A stretch of 64,000 bases of DNA, taken from positions 769 through 64,768 of the forward strand of contig CAZIDX010000004.1 in assembly GCA_964538435.1 (NCBI GenBank), written 5' to 3'. The position numbers were made by a program, and so were the translations under genes. This DNA comes from an uncultured Gammaproteobacteria bacterium (lineage in GTDB: Bacteria > Patescibacteriota > Patescibacteriia > UBA9934 > GWF2-40-263). Each line of letters starts with the position of its first letter. Position 1 is the first letter of the stretch. Below the pieces are notes generated by a model. That model had not been told where the DNA came from. It searched no databases and was given only the letters and a program-made list of their open reading frames with translations. Of this stretch, positions 7,422 to 17,789 are shown piece by piece.

Positions 7422-8738
7422 TTAGAGATCTTTGATGTTTGAAATCCTTCTCAGTTCGATGTTGTCTGTTTTTACTTTGCTCTTTGCTGGGATTGCTGCT
7501 GCTGTGATTCCTAGTCTTGAGGTTTCTACTAGTCTTTTTTGTGTGAGTGGGGCTGAGCGCACTTCTCCTCCTAGGCCTACTTCTCCGATGTAGACAGTTG
7601 GGGTTTGGTCGATCTTGTTTGCAAACGCACTCTTGATAGCTGCGCAGATTGCTAGGTCTGCTGCTGGTTCTGAGAGTTTCATGCCTCCGATCACGTTGAG
7701 ATAGACATCTTTGTCTGACAGTTTGAGGTTGGCTCGTTTGGAAAGAATTGCAGTGAGCATTTGCAAACGGTTTTGATCAAATCCGGATGCGCGGCGGATG
7801 GGGGTTCCGTATGAGCTAGTTTCAACAAGCGCTTGGACCTCGACAAGGAATACACGTGAGCCTTCCATGGTTGCTGCGATGACTGAGCCTGGGGTGGCAG
7901 CGCGCTCTTCTAGAAATCGGGCAGAAGGGTTCTCGACAGGGATCAGGCCTTTTTCTGTCATCTCGAACACACCGATTTCGTCTGTGGCTCCAAAGCGATT
8001 CTTTTTGCTGCGGAGCATGCGGTAGGCATGCACAGGATCTCCTTCGATTTCGATAACAACGTCTACGAGGTGCTCGAGTGTCTTTGGTCCGGCAATAGAA
8101 CCGTCTTTTGTGACTTGGCCTACGAGCAGGATTGAGACTCCTGTGCGTTTTGCAACCTCCATGAGTAGAGCGGTTGCATAGCGGACAAGGGTGGGGGAGC
8201 CGGCAGTGGAGTCGAGTTCGTCTGAGGTGATTGTTTGTACGGAGTCAATAATCGCGAGGGCAGGCTTCTCTTTTTCAATTGTTGCTGCAAGAGTCTCGAT
8301 TGGGAGAGGTTCGAGCACATGAACATGGTCGGTTGGTTTTTCAAGTCGTGCAAAACGTGCGGTGAGCTGACCTGGGGATTCTTCTCCTGAAATGTAGAGC
8401 ACGGTCTCCTTGAGTGATCCAGCGATCGCAGCGACCATGGTGGATTTTCCGATTCCTGGTTCTCCTGAGATGAGGATGAGTGAGCCTTTTACAATTCCAC
8501 CTCCGAGTACACGGTCGGTTTCAGTATCGCCGGTGGGGGTGCGTTTGTGCTCATTCTGCTCAGCAATCTCTTTGAGAGGTTGGCTTTTTGAGGCTGCGGC
8601 AGTGCGCGCAGTTTTAAGAGACGAGCTTTTTTTGCTCGTCCTCCCTTGTTCTTCAGTTAGAGTGCCCCATTTGTCGCATACAAGGCATTTGCCTGCCCAT
8701 TTGGGGGATTGTGCGTCACAGTTTGAACAGATATACAT
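7422..8738 (-). CDS. radA: DNA repair protein RadA/Sms
   Basis: N-terminal C4 zinc ribbon (CSNCDAQSPKWAGKCLVC), GEPGIGKST Walker A, KNRFG motif, Lon-like C-terminus. Confidence 0.9.
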   Translation of the reverse strand: MYICSNCDAQSPKWAGKCLVCDKWGTLTEEQGRTSKKSSSLKTARTAAASKSQPLKEIAEQNEHKRTPTGDTETDRVLGGGIVKGSLILISGEPGIGKSTMVAAIAGSLKETVLYISGEESPGQLTARFARLEKPTDHVHVLEPLPIETLAATIEKEKPALAIIDSVQTITSDELDSTAGSPTLVRYATALLMEVAKRTGVSILLVGQVTKDGSIAGPKTLEHLVDVVIEIEGDPVHAYRMLRSKKNRFGATDEIGVFEMTEKGLIPVENPSARFLEERAATPGSVIAATMEGSRVFLVEVQALVETSSYGTPIRRASGFDQNRLQMLTAILSKRANLKLSDKDVYLNVIGGMKLSEPAADLAICAAIKSAFANKIDQTPTVYIGEVGLGGEVRSAPLTQKRLVETSRLGITAAAIPAKSKVKTDNIELRRISNIKDL

Positions 8739-8741
8739 AGA

Positions 8742-10064
8742 TTATCCTCCTGAGTCAGTACAGTATTTTAAGTAGATTTCAGCGGCTTTTGCTGCATAGT
8801 GAGCGGCTTGTGCTCCAGATCCGTTGTAGGCACACATGGCCATAGCAAGGTCGCCAGTTCGATCAAGTCGTTTTTTTACAAATGTTGCTTGAGCTCTGAG
8901 GGTGTTGCTAATACCTCCCCAGTTTGTTCCACCAGTTGAGAGTTTAGTGTCAAAGTACTCTGCACATGAGTCTAGTGCGACTTGGCAAGTCCAGCATACA
9001 GTGGTGTTACAATCTGGAAATTTTGTTGTGTCAGGCGGCCAGGTTGGGTCATAGGATTCATTGCAGTGCGCAGCAACTTGTTCTCCTCGTGTGTGGTCTC
9101 TGGACACTGTACGCACGCAACATTCTTGTCCAAGGGTTGATTCAAAAGATGTTGGCATGAACTGCGCAATCCCAATTTCCCCACATGGTCCACGCTGCGA
9201 GGAATCGTAGTCAATTGTTCCGCTTGTTTCAATCTGTAGATGAGTTGCAAGCTGGAAACGATCAGCTCCTGTTTCGTCTGCAATAGAGTTAACGACGGCG
9301 GTAAGCTCATCAGTCCAACCAGAAGGTTTTTTTAAAACAGTTGCAGAGCAGGCTTTGACCATCCCTTCGACTCCTTCACAGTTTTCAAGTGAGAATGATG
9401 TAAGCGCATCTTCTGCAATGTTGTCTAACGAGATTGTTCGAAGGCGGACAAGTTCGGGGTTCACTGTCCAAAGAATGAGCCAAGTGCTTGAAAGTAGGAT
9501 AAGGCCAATGACAGCGTTTTTGATGCGCTCCTTTGCTTTTGATGTATCTCCATATCCGCCAGCTGCAGCATACTGAAATCCTCCAATCATGACCATGACG
9601 ATTGCAGCAATGGTGGCTATTCCCAAAATGTACTTATAAGCTCCTGCGATGTAGGCACCCAAGAAGGCGATGTGCAGCACCTTACCATCGACCTCAATGG
9701 CATCTGACAGGTCTATGCCTGGGATTTCAACACTGAGGAGCGGGGTGATGGTTTGTGTGCTGTTGTTAGATACAGCTCCTGTGTTTCCAGGTGCGGTTGA
9801 GTAGCCAGAGTTTGTGCACGTTGTCTTACAATCCATGATGTGGCTTGTGCCATCTGGGCACGAGCAGCCAGCATCAGAGAGAATAGTGGCGCCGCTGTCT
9901 CCGCAGTCTGAAATACATTCGTCCGTTGCATCAACTGAGTGCGCAATATTATCTGAGTCATAACAAGTACAACCTCCAGCAGCAAGAGTGGTCAATGGGA
10001 AAAGGGCACTCAGTGTGAGTGTGGAAAGTGCTAGGAGGATTGAAATTCGTTTTGTTAGTTGCAT
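8742..10064 (-). CDS. Modular exported protein: signal peptide + Cys-rich domain + conserved membrane-hairpin module + lytic transglycosylase (SLT-like) domain
   Basis: Signal peptide; module '...IPGIDLSD...FLGAYIAGAYKYILGIATIAAIVMVMIGGFQYAAAGGYGDTSKAKERIKNAVIGLILLSSTWLILWTVNPELVRL'; SLT-like 'ETSGTIDYDSSQRGPCGEIGIAQFMPTSF'. Confidence 0.6.
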   Translation of the reverse strand: MQLTKRISILLALSTLTLSALFPLTTLAAGGCTCYDSDNIAHSVDATDECISDCGDSGATILSDAGCSCPDGTSHIMDCKTTCTNSGYSTAPGNTGAVSNNSTQTITPLLSVEIPGIDLSDAIEVDGKVLHIAFLGAYIAGAYKYILGIATIAAIVMVMIGGFQYAAAGGYGDTSKAKERIKNAVIGLILLSSTWLILWTVNPELVRLRTISLDNIAEDALTSFSLENCEGVEGMVKACSATVLKKPSGWTDELTAVVNSIADETGADRFQLATHLQIETSGTIDYDSSQRGPCGEIGIAQFMPTSFESTLGQECCVRTVSRDHTRGEQVAAHCNESYDPTWPPDTTKFPDCNTTVCWTCQVALDSCAEYFDTKLSTGGTNWGGISNTLRAQATFVKKRLDRTGDLAMAMCAYNGSGAQAAHYAAKAAEIYLKYCTDSGG

Positions 10065-11044
10065 GATCGAGACATTTTTGGATTTTCAAAATGCCAGGCT
10101 TCTGAGTCGAGCAGGCAAAAGCCCTGTGCTTTCATTGCTGAAATAAGAATGCTGTGCCCTGCATTTTTTCTGCATTTATCTACTGCAGGGTTGTTGTCGC
10201 ATTGTGCTTTTGTTACGCAGGGCGAGCCGCTGCATGTTGCCCACATATCGATAGCACGTCCAGTTGTGTGTGGACAGTTTTCTGCTTTTCCGTCTCGGAG
10301 CATGCAGGCGTAGGTAATCCCATCTTTTGGATCACATGTAGCAGAACCTGGTGGGTTGTTGCAGTATTTGAGAATCAGAGAAGTTTGTTTTTCAACGGTT
10401 CGAAAGCTTGAGGCAATGTAGATGCCATATCCTTGAGCATCTACTTGTGCTGCTGCCGCTTCAATCAAGGGAGCTAAGTCTTTTGGTACTTCATTCACTC
10501 CTGGACCTGTTATGTTTGCTGCAACAGGTGCTTGGAATTCAACTGCTACATTACCACCTGTAATGTTTTCTTCTGATCCAAGGGTTGCAAGGCTGATGTC
10601 GTCTACGACATCCACTTCAACAGGACCAAGGCGAACAAGTTCGGGGTTTACGGTCCAAAGTAGGAGATAGACAGATGCTAAGAGCACAAGACCTGTGATA
10701 GCGTCTTTTATTCTCTTCTTTGCTTTTGATGTTTCTCCATGTCCTCCAGCCAGCGCGTATTGAAGGCCGGCAATCATGATCATGACAATGGCAACAATAA
10801 CAGCTGCGTCAAGCAAGTAATCGTAGATGGCCGAGATGTAATCGGAAAGATAATTTACACTCATGACATTCCCTTTGATGCTGATTTCAGAAAGTTTGAG
10901 TCCGGGGATGTCTACGTTAAGAATAGGGGTCTGGGTTTTGACTGAGCTGGTGGTGGCGTGTGCAACAAGGGGGGAGACGAGAAAGAGTCCAGCGATGAGT
11001 TGGAGGAGGAGGCGTGCTGGTTTTGTGAGGAGAGTTTTTTTCAT
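10055..11044 (-). CDS. Modular exported protein: signal peptide + membrane-hairpin module + peptidase M15 (VanY/LAS-like) domain
   Basis: ORF 10055..11077, start MKKTLLTKP at 11044; shared module '...SDYISAIYDYLL...GLQYALAGGHGETSKAKKRIKDAITGLVLLASVYLLLWTVNPELVRL'; M15 motifs SSFRTVEKQ, HTTGRAIDMW, SEAWHFE. Confidence 0.6.
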   Translation of the reverse strand: MKKTLLTKPARLLLQLIAGLFLVSPLVAHATTSSVKTQTPILNVDIPGLKLSEISIKGNVMSVNYLSDYISAIYDYLLDAAVIVAIVMIMIAGLQYALAGGHGETSKAKKRIKDAITGLVLLASVYLLLWTVNPELVRLGPVEVDVVDDISLATLGSEENITGGNVAVEFQAPVAANITGPGVNEVPKDLAPLIEAAAAQVDAQGYGIYIASSFRTVEKQTSLILKYCNNPPGSATCDPKDGITYACMLRDGKAENCPHTTGRAIDMWATCSGSPCVTKAQCDNNPAVDKCRKNAGHSILISAMKAQGFCLLDSEAWHFENPKMSRSCN

Positions 11045-11045
11045 G

Positions 11046-12413
11046 TTAGTAATCCAGGCAGGCAAGTAGGTGACCACCCTTTGTTTTCCAGCTCATGTGT
11101 ACGTGTGGTCCAGAGGTGTTTCCTGACTGCTCTACAACTTGGCAGTCACAATTTTCAAGTTTGTTTGGGTCTGTGCATGGAGTTCCTTCGACATTGCACC
11201 ATCCGTATTTTGCTGTGGCCCATCCTGCAGGAGCTGTTTGTCCATCACAGCAGCGCCCACCAACATGCCCAATGATGTCTCCTTGTGAAACGGCCTGTCC
11301 AGCAAGAATAGCCCCAGAATCATTTACAAAATCTTTTGCGTGACAAATGGTTATGTAGGCTCCAGCAGCATCACCTGTTCCTTCAAGGTAAATTCGATTT
11401 CCACATTTGTTGTTTGTGTCTTCTTGCTTGGCGTAGGTGACAATACCATCAAAAGGTGCGTACACACTTGAACCCCAACCTGCTCCCCAGTCCAGGTGTC
11501 TGATTTTTTTGTAATCACCGTTTGCTCCGTAGTCAAACCAGTGGTGGTTTCCGCAGGATGGTTGAGCGCCGCCCACGGGGGAAGTAACGCTTTGCGCGAT
11601 TTTGCACTCACCATGATCTTTTGCCTTTGCAACAATAGCATCGCATGTTGGGCGGGGGAGGGATCCGAATTTTGCCCCCTCAAAGCCTCTTGTTGCCATA
11701 TCGAGCTCGAGCTCGTCGACTTCTGTAAGGCGGATGGCGTCAAAAAATGTCGTGTTTGGATTTACGACCCACAAGATAAAGTACACGAAGAAGAGGAGGA
11801 CTAGTCCGATTACAGCGTCTTTTATCCTCTTTTTTGCTTTTCCAGTTTCTCCGTGACCTCCAGCAAAGGCGTATTGCAGACCGCCAATCATGATAATGAC
11901 AATTGAAATGATTGCAGCAATACTCAGAAGATATGTATAGACACCTGTGATGTATTCACCAAGCCAGTTGATTTCCATTTCTTCACCATCTGTGACGATT
12001 CTTGAAAAGTAGACACCTGGAATTTCGACCTCGAGTTCTGGTTCGATGTAGCCTTTTTCTGCATATTCAATATCAGATTTTTTTTGCGTTGTGTAACTAG
12101 CGTTTTCAGCAATGCACACCGCAGTGCAATCAAGTTCAGGCAATTCTCCAGTGGCTGGGCAGTTGCAAATACCCGCGTTTGTTTCCATGGCGTCATCATC
12201 GTTGCAGTCGATGATACATTGGGCCGTACCGCTTACGATTACGAGTTTGTCGCCATCGTAGCATTCACAGGCAAGAGCTTGCGTACAAACAAAAAACACC
12301 CCCATTACTACAGACAGGAATGAAAAAAGACACACGAACTTGAGTCTAAACTTAGTGTTGAGAACGTGTGTCATAACAGGAGAATTATTGAAGGGCAGTG
12401 AGTTGCTCTGCAA
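11046..12413 (-). CDS. Modular exported protein: signal peptide + Cys-rich domain + membrane-hairpin module + peptidase M23 (LytM-like) domain
   Basis: Shared module '...GEYITGVYTYLL...GLQYAFAGGHGETGKAKKRIKDAVIGLVLLFFVYFILWVVNPN'; M23 motifs HLDWGAGWGSSVYAPFDG, ICHAKDF, GDIIGHVGG, SGPHVHMSW; start 12413 or 12374. Confidence 0.6.
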   Translation of the reverse strand: MQSNSLPFNNSPVMTHVLNTKFRLKFVCLFSFLSVVMGVFFVCTQALACECYDGDKLVIVSGTAQCIIDCNDDDAMETNAGICNCPATGELPELDCTAVCIAENASYTTQKKSDIEYAEKGYIEPELEVEIPGVYFSRIVTDGEEMEINWLGEYITGVYTYLLSIAAIISIVIIMIGGLQYAFAGGHGETGKAKKRIKDAVIGLVLLFFVYFILWVVNPNTTFFDAIRLTEVDELELDMATRGFEGAKFGSLPRPTCDAIVAKAKDHGECKIAQSVTSPVGGAQPSCGNHHWFDYGANGDYKKIRHLDWGAGWGSSVYAPFDGIVTYAKQEDTNNKCGNRIYLEGTGDAAGAYITICHAKDFVNDSGAILAGQAVSQGDIIGHVGGRCCDGQTAPAGWATAKYGWCNVEGTPCTDPNKLENCDCQVVEQSGNTSGPHVHMSWKTKGGHLLACLDY

Positions 12414-13038
12414 CGATATCTAGAAGATCAGCTGCATCAAGAGCGCCAACGTGGATTTCGTCGTTGATGAACATGGTTGGTGTGGCTGTAAGCCCTAGTC
12501 CCATGGCTTCCTCAAAATCTTTTTTCACGATTGGGAGTGTGTCGCGTGTATCAAAACAGTTTTGGAATTTTTCAGTATCAAGTTCCAGGTCGGATGCGAT
12601 TTGAGAGAAGGTGGAGTCGCTCAGGAAAGATTGTCTGTTAAACAGTTCGTCATGGTAAGCCCAGAACGCATCTTGCCGGTCTGCGCAATGTGCGGCAATG
12701 GCAGCAGGAGTGGCTTGCGCATGAATAGATTCGTTTGGAAGATCTTTCCACACAATGCGCACATCCGTTGGGTGGGCTGTCATCACAGACACAAGATTTT
12801 CTGCGAGTTCACCACATGCATGGCATTGGAAATCACTATAGACAATGATGGAGACGCTTGCGGTATCGCTTCCCAAAGATGGGTTGATAAATGTCACGCT
12901 TGGCTCAGTTACTTCTTCGTAGGATGCCATGATCTCCTCCCGATCAACTTCGATGGGTTGCAGCCGGTACCAGAAAAAAATCATTACCATTACGGTGAGA
13001 AAAGCGATTGTTAAAAATGTGAGCCATTTATGAGACAT
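12385..13038 (-). CDS. DsbA-like membrane-anchored thiol:disulfide oxidoreductase
   Basis: N-terminal TM, CHAC active-site motif in thioredoxin fold. Confidence 0.65.
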   Translation of the reverse strand: MSHKWLTFLTIAFLTVMVMIFFWYRLQPIEVDREEIMASYEEVTEPSVTFINPSLGSDTASVSIIVYSDFQCHACGELAENLVSVMTAHPTDVRIVWKDLPNESIHAQATPAAIAAHCADRQDAFWAYHDELFNRQSFLSDSTFSQIASDLELDTEKFQNCFDTRDTLPIVKKDFEEAMGLGLTATPTMFINDEIHVGALDAADLLDIVAEQLTALQ

Positions 13039-13050
13039 ACAAGCACTGTC

Positions 13051-14286
13051 TTATTTGAGCATTATGAGTTCGAGTCGACCGCTGTCATTTGTGTAGTAGA
13101 TTTTTGATTCATCAGAGCTAACAGAAAGACTATTCATGGATGTTTCATTGTCGGGGATTGCCAAAAGGGAAGTGTGTCCTGTGTTGAAGTCGATTTTGTA
13201 GAGCACATCTGGGAGGTTGTCGTAAATCGATCGTTGTAGGCCGGCGTTGTCTGGGAGGTCCTGAGGCACAGCACAGTAAGCTGTTGAGCTTGATCCCCAG
13301 GTGCATTTATCAACCCAGGTGTTCAGGCCAAGGCTTCGTCTGTTTTCTCCCATGGTTGATGCGGTTCCGTCAACGATCCAGAGAAGAGGTTTGTTGCTTG
13401 AGTAGTCGCCCACAACAGAGTAGAGGATTTGTTTTCCGTTTGGTGACCAGACTGAGTCAAAGAAAAGACCCTCAACCACAAGCCCTTTGTAGTTTTCGTC
13501 GTTGAGGCCGACAGGGTAGATCATTGCACGATTCAGGCCGCCATAAGATGATCCTGATGTGTCAGCAAAGGCAACGACCTGGTCGTTTGGTGACCAATTT
13601 ACATCAACCTTGTCTTCGTTTTCTCCAAGTGCTTGAAAGCTTTTTACGTTTGATCCGTCGTCGTTTGATGTGACAAGGTAGCGGTTGTTTGGGTCAAGAC
13701 CAATGCTTTTTGCAACAATCTCGTCTGCAACAGGAGAGAAGTCGAAGTCTTCCCAGTGTTGTGGAAGGGTGACTTGTTTTTCTGTGTCAAAGTCATAGAT
13801 GATGTTTGATCCATCAGGGAATTCCATGACCGCTTTTTCTGCGTCTTTATTCCACTCAACAGTTTCAACATCAGGGAATTGCGTATCAGACATGCGTACG
13901 ACATTTCCGTCTTCATCGATGGTGTAGAACCTGCCGTCTGTGTCGTCGTAATAGTTCATTGACTGACCATCTCCGCTGAGTGTGGCATTGTATACCGCTC
14001 CGGTTGTAAGGGAGGTTGTTTCTGTCACGCTTCCACGAGCAACTTCATCTGCTTCAGCTAAGGTTCCGGTTCCTGTGTCAGTGGTGTCGTCGTTGGTGAA
14101 GTCAGAAAAGACGCCGTCCATTGAAAACGGAAGTCCAGTGGTTGTGTCTGTTGTTGCGGTGTCGTCTTCAACGGTTGCTTCTGGAATGAAGTCAGCAACA
14201 AACATTCTGTACATTACGAAGGCAATGATAACAACTGAGAGAAGAAATCCAATGATGAGTAAAATGCGTTTTGTTCGTTCATTCAT
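13051..14286 (-). CDS. Membrane-anchored beta-propeller (TolB/PD40-like) protein with Thr/Asp-rich linker
   Basis: N-terminal TM; repeated 'D-G-x' beta-propeller-like segments; same operon as PG-hydrolase triad. Confidence 0.45.
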   Translation of the reverse strand: MNERTKRILLIIGFLLSVVIIAFVMYRMFVADFIPEATVEDDTATTDTTTGLPFSMDGVFSDFTNDDTTDTGTGTLAEADEVARGSVTETTSLTTGAVYNATLSGDGQSMNYYDDTDGRFYTIDEDGNVVRMSDTQFPDVETVEWNKDAEKAVMEFPDGSNIIYDFDTEKQVTLPQHWEDFDFSPVADEIVAKSIGLDPNNRYLVTSNDDGSNVKSFQALGENEDKVDVNWSPNDQVVAFADTSGSSYGGLNRAMIYPVGLNDENYKGLVVEGLFFDSVWSPNGKQILYSVVGDYSSNKPLLWIVDGTASTMGENRRSLGLNTWVDKCTWGSSSTAYCAVPQDLPDNAGLQRSIYDNLPDVLYKIDFNTGHTSLLAIPDNETSMNSLSVSSDESKIYYTNDSGRLELIMLK

Positions 14287-14292
14287 ATGGTT

Positions 14293-15285
14293 CTAAAAAA
14301 TGCCAAGCGCTGAGTATAGTATACCACCCAGACACATGTTTCCGCCGCCGCTTCCAATAGCGTTTAAAATAAATGCAGGGCCTTGTGAGAGGTATTGGTA
14401 GTAGTCAAAACCTGCGCACATGCCAACGGAAAAAATTGCAAAGATAATGAAGATGAGAGCTAAGTCTGCGGCAATAAGAAGACCAGCTAAGATGTTAGCT
14501 TGTGGGTCAACGGGCATTGGGATTGGGTCCCAGGAAAGAGGGGAGATGAAAGGGTCTTTTCCTTGTCGCATTCCTCGTCCGTAAATGAGTTCAAGGTTGA
14601 GCCAACCAAATGTAAAGATGTAAAAAAGGATATCAACTAAGGTTGAGATTCCGGTTGTTCCAATATCAAGACACCCTGCAAGAAGGTCGATGACGTAAAT
14701 GATTCCACGTTTTACTCCTGCTTCAACTTTGCGTTTGACGGCTTTTCGAAGGCGCTGTTTTTGTTTTTCCATCATTGCCTCAAGCTCGTTTTTTGCGTCT
14801 TGGTTGTTTGTGCTTGCTTGCCTGGCTTTGAGGTTGGCCATTTGAGATCGGAGTTGGCTCACGGGTGTTGGGTCCACTTCTCCTGTTCCTCGTGGTTGCA
14901 TTGATTCAGGGGTGTCTCTGTCGATGTCTCGCTGCGCTGCCTGTGCTTCTGGTGTGCGCAGGTTGAGAGGTTGTTGTTGTGGGATTTTGTTTGGACCCAC
15001 GTCATTTGGGTTTCGTATTCCAAGATTAAATGCTTTGTTTAGACCACGACCAACTCTTGAGCCGGTTACGCCACGCGCAATTCCTTCTGCGTTTCCAGTG
15101 TTTGCTTGTTTGATGCCTCGTTGGTAGGCTTGGGCCATGTTTTTTCCGCCGTGTTTTTGTGTGGCAGCTTGTTCTTTGTCACTAAAAATCGTACCAACAA
15201 GTCCTTCGTTGATGTTTCGTTTTGCGTGTCGGTTCTGTGCGAGCTTTTGCTTGTGTCCGATTTGTTGTGCTGTGGCATTAGCCAT
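14293..15285 (-). CDS. Hypothetical protein with disordered basic/Q-rich N-half and multi-TM C-half
   Basis: ORF; hydrophobic C-terminus with 3-4 predicted TM segments; first gene of the minus-strand operon. Confidence 0.4.
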   Translation of the reverse strand: MANATAQQIGHKQKLAQNRHAKRNINEGLVGTIFSDKEQAATQKHGGKNMAQAYQRGIKQANTGNAEGIARGVTGSRVGRGLNKAFNLGIRNPNDVGPNKIPQQQPLNLRTPEAQAAQRDIDRDTPESMQPRGTGEVDPTPVSQLRSQMANLKARQASTNNQDAKNELEAMMEKQKQRLRKAVKRKVEAGVKRGIIYVIDLLAGCLDIGTTGISTLVDILFYIFTFGWLNLELIYGRGMRQGKDPFISPLSWDPIPMPVDPQANILAGLLIAADLALIFIIFAIFSVGMCAGFDYYQYLSQGPAFILNAIGSGGGNMCLGGILYSALGIF

Positions 15286-15291
15286 AACCTC

Positions 15292-17787
15292 CTATTTGCG
15301 CGGTTTAGTGACTGAGATCGTTTTGTTTTTTAGATTCACTTTGAGTTTCTTTGGTTTGTCTTTTTTTGTAAGTCGCTCTGCAATTTTGTGTTCGATGTGT
15401 GTTTGGATTTGGTTTCGGATGTTGCGCGCGCCGTAGGATGGGTCTGCAAGTGTGACAAGGTGGGGGATCAGGCTGTCGTGCACTTGGAGTTCCAGTCCTT
15501 GATCTGAAAGCCTGTCTGTTAGCTCGCCCAGCTGCTTGCGACAAATGTCGTGGAGCACGTCTTCTGTGAGGGGGTCAAACACGCAAACGTGATCGATGCG
15601 GTTGATAAGTTCTGGTCGCATGCGTTCCTCGAGTTCTTGTTTGAGATCTGTGTTTAGCGTCATCTTTCGTTCAGCGTGAGAGCCTTGGAATCCCATATCT
15701 CCTTGACCAAAACGTTCGAGGCCAATGTTTGATGTTAGGATGATAATTGCGTTTTTGAAGTTCACTTTGCGGCCGGTTGCATCTGTGAGTTCTCCTTCTT
15801 CCAAGACTTGAAGGAGGAGGTTTTGAACATCACGGTGAGCTTTTTCGATTTCATCAAAAAGTACAACTGAGTACGGGCGTTGCTTGATGCGGTCAGTAAG
15901 GTTGGCGTTTTCTTTGTAGCCAACATACCCTGCTGGCGCACCGATGAGCTTGGACATGGTAAAGCCTTCTGAATACTCGGACATGTCCAGGCGAATGAAG
16001 TTTTGTTTTCCGAGAAAGAGTGTTTCTGCAACTGTTTTGGCGAGCTCTGTTTTTCCTACACCTGAAGGACCAAGGAACAGAAACGATGCCAGAGGTCGGT
16101 CGGGGTGGGAGACGCCGGTTTTTGCTCGTTTGAGTGCGCCTGATACGCGGTCAATCACATTGTCCTGACCTAGCACGCGTGCGCAGAGTGATCCGTGAAG
16201 GGATTGAAGCTTTGATGTGTTGTCGATCAGAATGTCGTCGATTGGAATACCTGTGATACGCGCGACTACTGCAGCCACGTCGTTTTCTGAGATAACAGGA
16301 ACAGGTCCAACATCGTCAGTTATGCTTGCGCGCGCGATTTGTTCTTTGACACGATCTTCTTCGTCTTTGAGTTCGACTGCGTCAAGAAAACGTTCTTCAA
16401 TAACAGCTTGTCGCTTGGTGTCTTGAACTTTACGAAGTTCTTCTTCGAGTTTTCGTTGAAGGTTTTTTGGGGTTGGGTCTGTGCGCTTGATGTGCGTGGC
16501 AGCGGCAGCTTCGTCAATAAGATCAATGGCTTTGTCTGGGAGGTGCTTGTCCTGGATGTAGCGCTCAGACATTTTTACGGCTTGTTCTAAGGCGTCTGGT
16601 GCAATGCGGACGCGGTGATAGTTTTCATAAAAAGGAGCAATGCCTTGGAGGATCTCGAGTGTTTTTTCAGGTGTTGGCTCGTCAACTAATACAGATTGGA
16701 AGCGGCGTTCAAGTGCACTGTCTGATTCAATGTGTTTTTTGTATTCAGCTGGGGTTGTGGCTCCAATGCAGCGAATCTCTCCGCGAGAGAGCGCGGGTTT
16801 TAAGATGTTGGCTGCGTCCATTGAGCCTGATGCTGCACCTGCTCCGACAATGGTGTGGATTTCATCGACAAATAAAATAATGTCATCATCCTTTTTCACT
16901 TCTTCAATGATTTGCTTGAGGCGCCCTTCAAATTCTCCTCGATACATGGTCCCTGCAATGAGCATGGCCATATCAATGGCGTAGATGCGTTTTGTTTGAA
17001 GCACAGGTGGGACGCGGCCTTCTGTGATGAGTTTTGCCAGCCCCTCAACAATGGCTGTTTTCCCAACGCCTGGTTCGCCCAGTAGGAGAGGGTTGTTTTT
17101 TGTTCTGCGGCAAACGATTTCCATGAGACGTTCAATCTCGCGCTCTCGGCCAATGACGGGATCAATTTTTTTCTGCACTTCTTTTGAGGTGAGTTCTCGA
17201 CTGAAGTATTCAAGAGCGGCTACTTTTTGCTCACCCGCTTTTTCTTCAGTGAGGTTTTTTTCCTGTTGTCCTGATGGTGCAATGAGCATGCCTCCTTCTG
17301 GTGGAATGCTGTCTGTGAGCTCAGGGAATTTTGAAGTACTTTTTAGAACAATGGAAAGTTGATTGCGGAGTTCTTTTAGGTCAGCGCTGAGCACTTCAAA
17401 AAGTTGCCCTACATTTGGGCTGTCGATTTGAATCATTCCTGAGAGGAGGTGCTCTGTTCCTACGTAGCGATGGTTGTAGACGTTTGCAGTGAGGACGGCC
17501 TTTTCTACGATGCGCTTGGCATCATCTGAAAGGTTAAGGGACATGTCTACAGGTGGTGTGCTGGTGCCTGCTCCTTGTTTAGCTCCAACAAGTTTTCTGA
17601 GAGCTGGGGTTTTTACTCCTGATTTTTTGAGGATTTCTGCTCCAATACAACCTTTTTGAGTCCCAAGTGCCCAGAGGAGGTGTTCGGGTTGGATGGTTTT
17701 TTCGTCTGTTTCAACAACAAAGCAAAGCGCGCGCGTAAGCACGTTTTTCAGGTGTGATGAGAACTTGTCGACAATGTCTTGTGGCAT
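15292..17787 (-). CDS. clpC: Clp/Hsp100 AAA+ chaperone, ClpC-like (two AAA modules, short middle domain)
   Basis: Clp_N repeats; [25 protein letters not shown]; second P-loop [16 protein letters not shown]; length 831 aa and short M-domain favour ClpC over ClpB. Confidence 0.8.
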   Translation of the reverse strand: MPQDIVDKFSSHLKNVLTRALCFVVETDEKTIQPEHLLWALGTQKGCIGAEILKKSGVKTPALRKLVGAKQGAGTSTPPVDMSLNLSDDAKRIVEKAVLTANVYNHRYVGTEHLLSGMIQIDSPNVGQLFEVLSADLKELRNQLSIVLKSTSKFPELTDSIPPEGGMLIAPSGQQEKNLTEEKAGEQKVAALEYFSRELTSKEVQKKIDPVIGREREIERLMEIVCRRTKNNPLLLGEPGVGKTAIVEGLAKLITEGRVPPVLQTKRIYAIDMAMLIAGTMYRGEFEGRLKQIIEEVKKDDDIILFVDEIHTIVGAGAASGSMDAANILKPALSRGEIRCIGATTPAEYKKHIESDSALERRFQSVLVDEPTPEKTLEILQGIAPFYENYHRVRIAPDALEQAVKMSERYIQDKHLPDKAIDLIDEAAAATHIKRTDPTPKNLQRKLEEELRKVQDTKRQAVIEERFLDAVELKDEEDRVKEQIARASITDDVGPVPVISENDVAAVVARITGIPIDDILIDNTSKLQSLHGSLCARVLGQDNVIDRVSGALKRAKTGVSHPDRPLASFLFLGPSGVGKTELAKTVAETLFLGKQNFIRLDMSEYSEGFTMSKLIGAPAGYVGYKENANLTDRIKQRPYSVVLFDEIEKAHRDVQNLLLQVLEEGELTDATGRKVNFKNAIIILTSNIGLERFGQGDMGFQGSHAERKMTLNTDLKQELEERMRPELINRIDHVCVFDPLTEDVLHDICRKQLGELTDRLSDQGLELQVHDSLIPHLVTLADPSYGARNIRNQIQTHIEHKIAERLTKKDKPKKLKVNLKNKTISVTKPRK

Positions 17788-17789
17788 AG

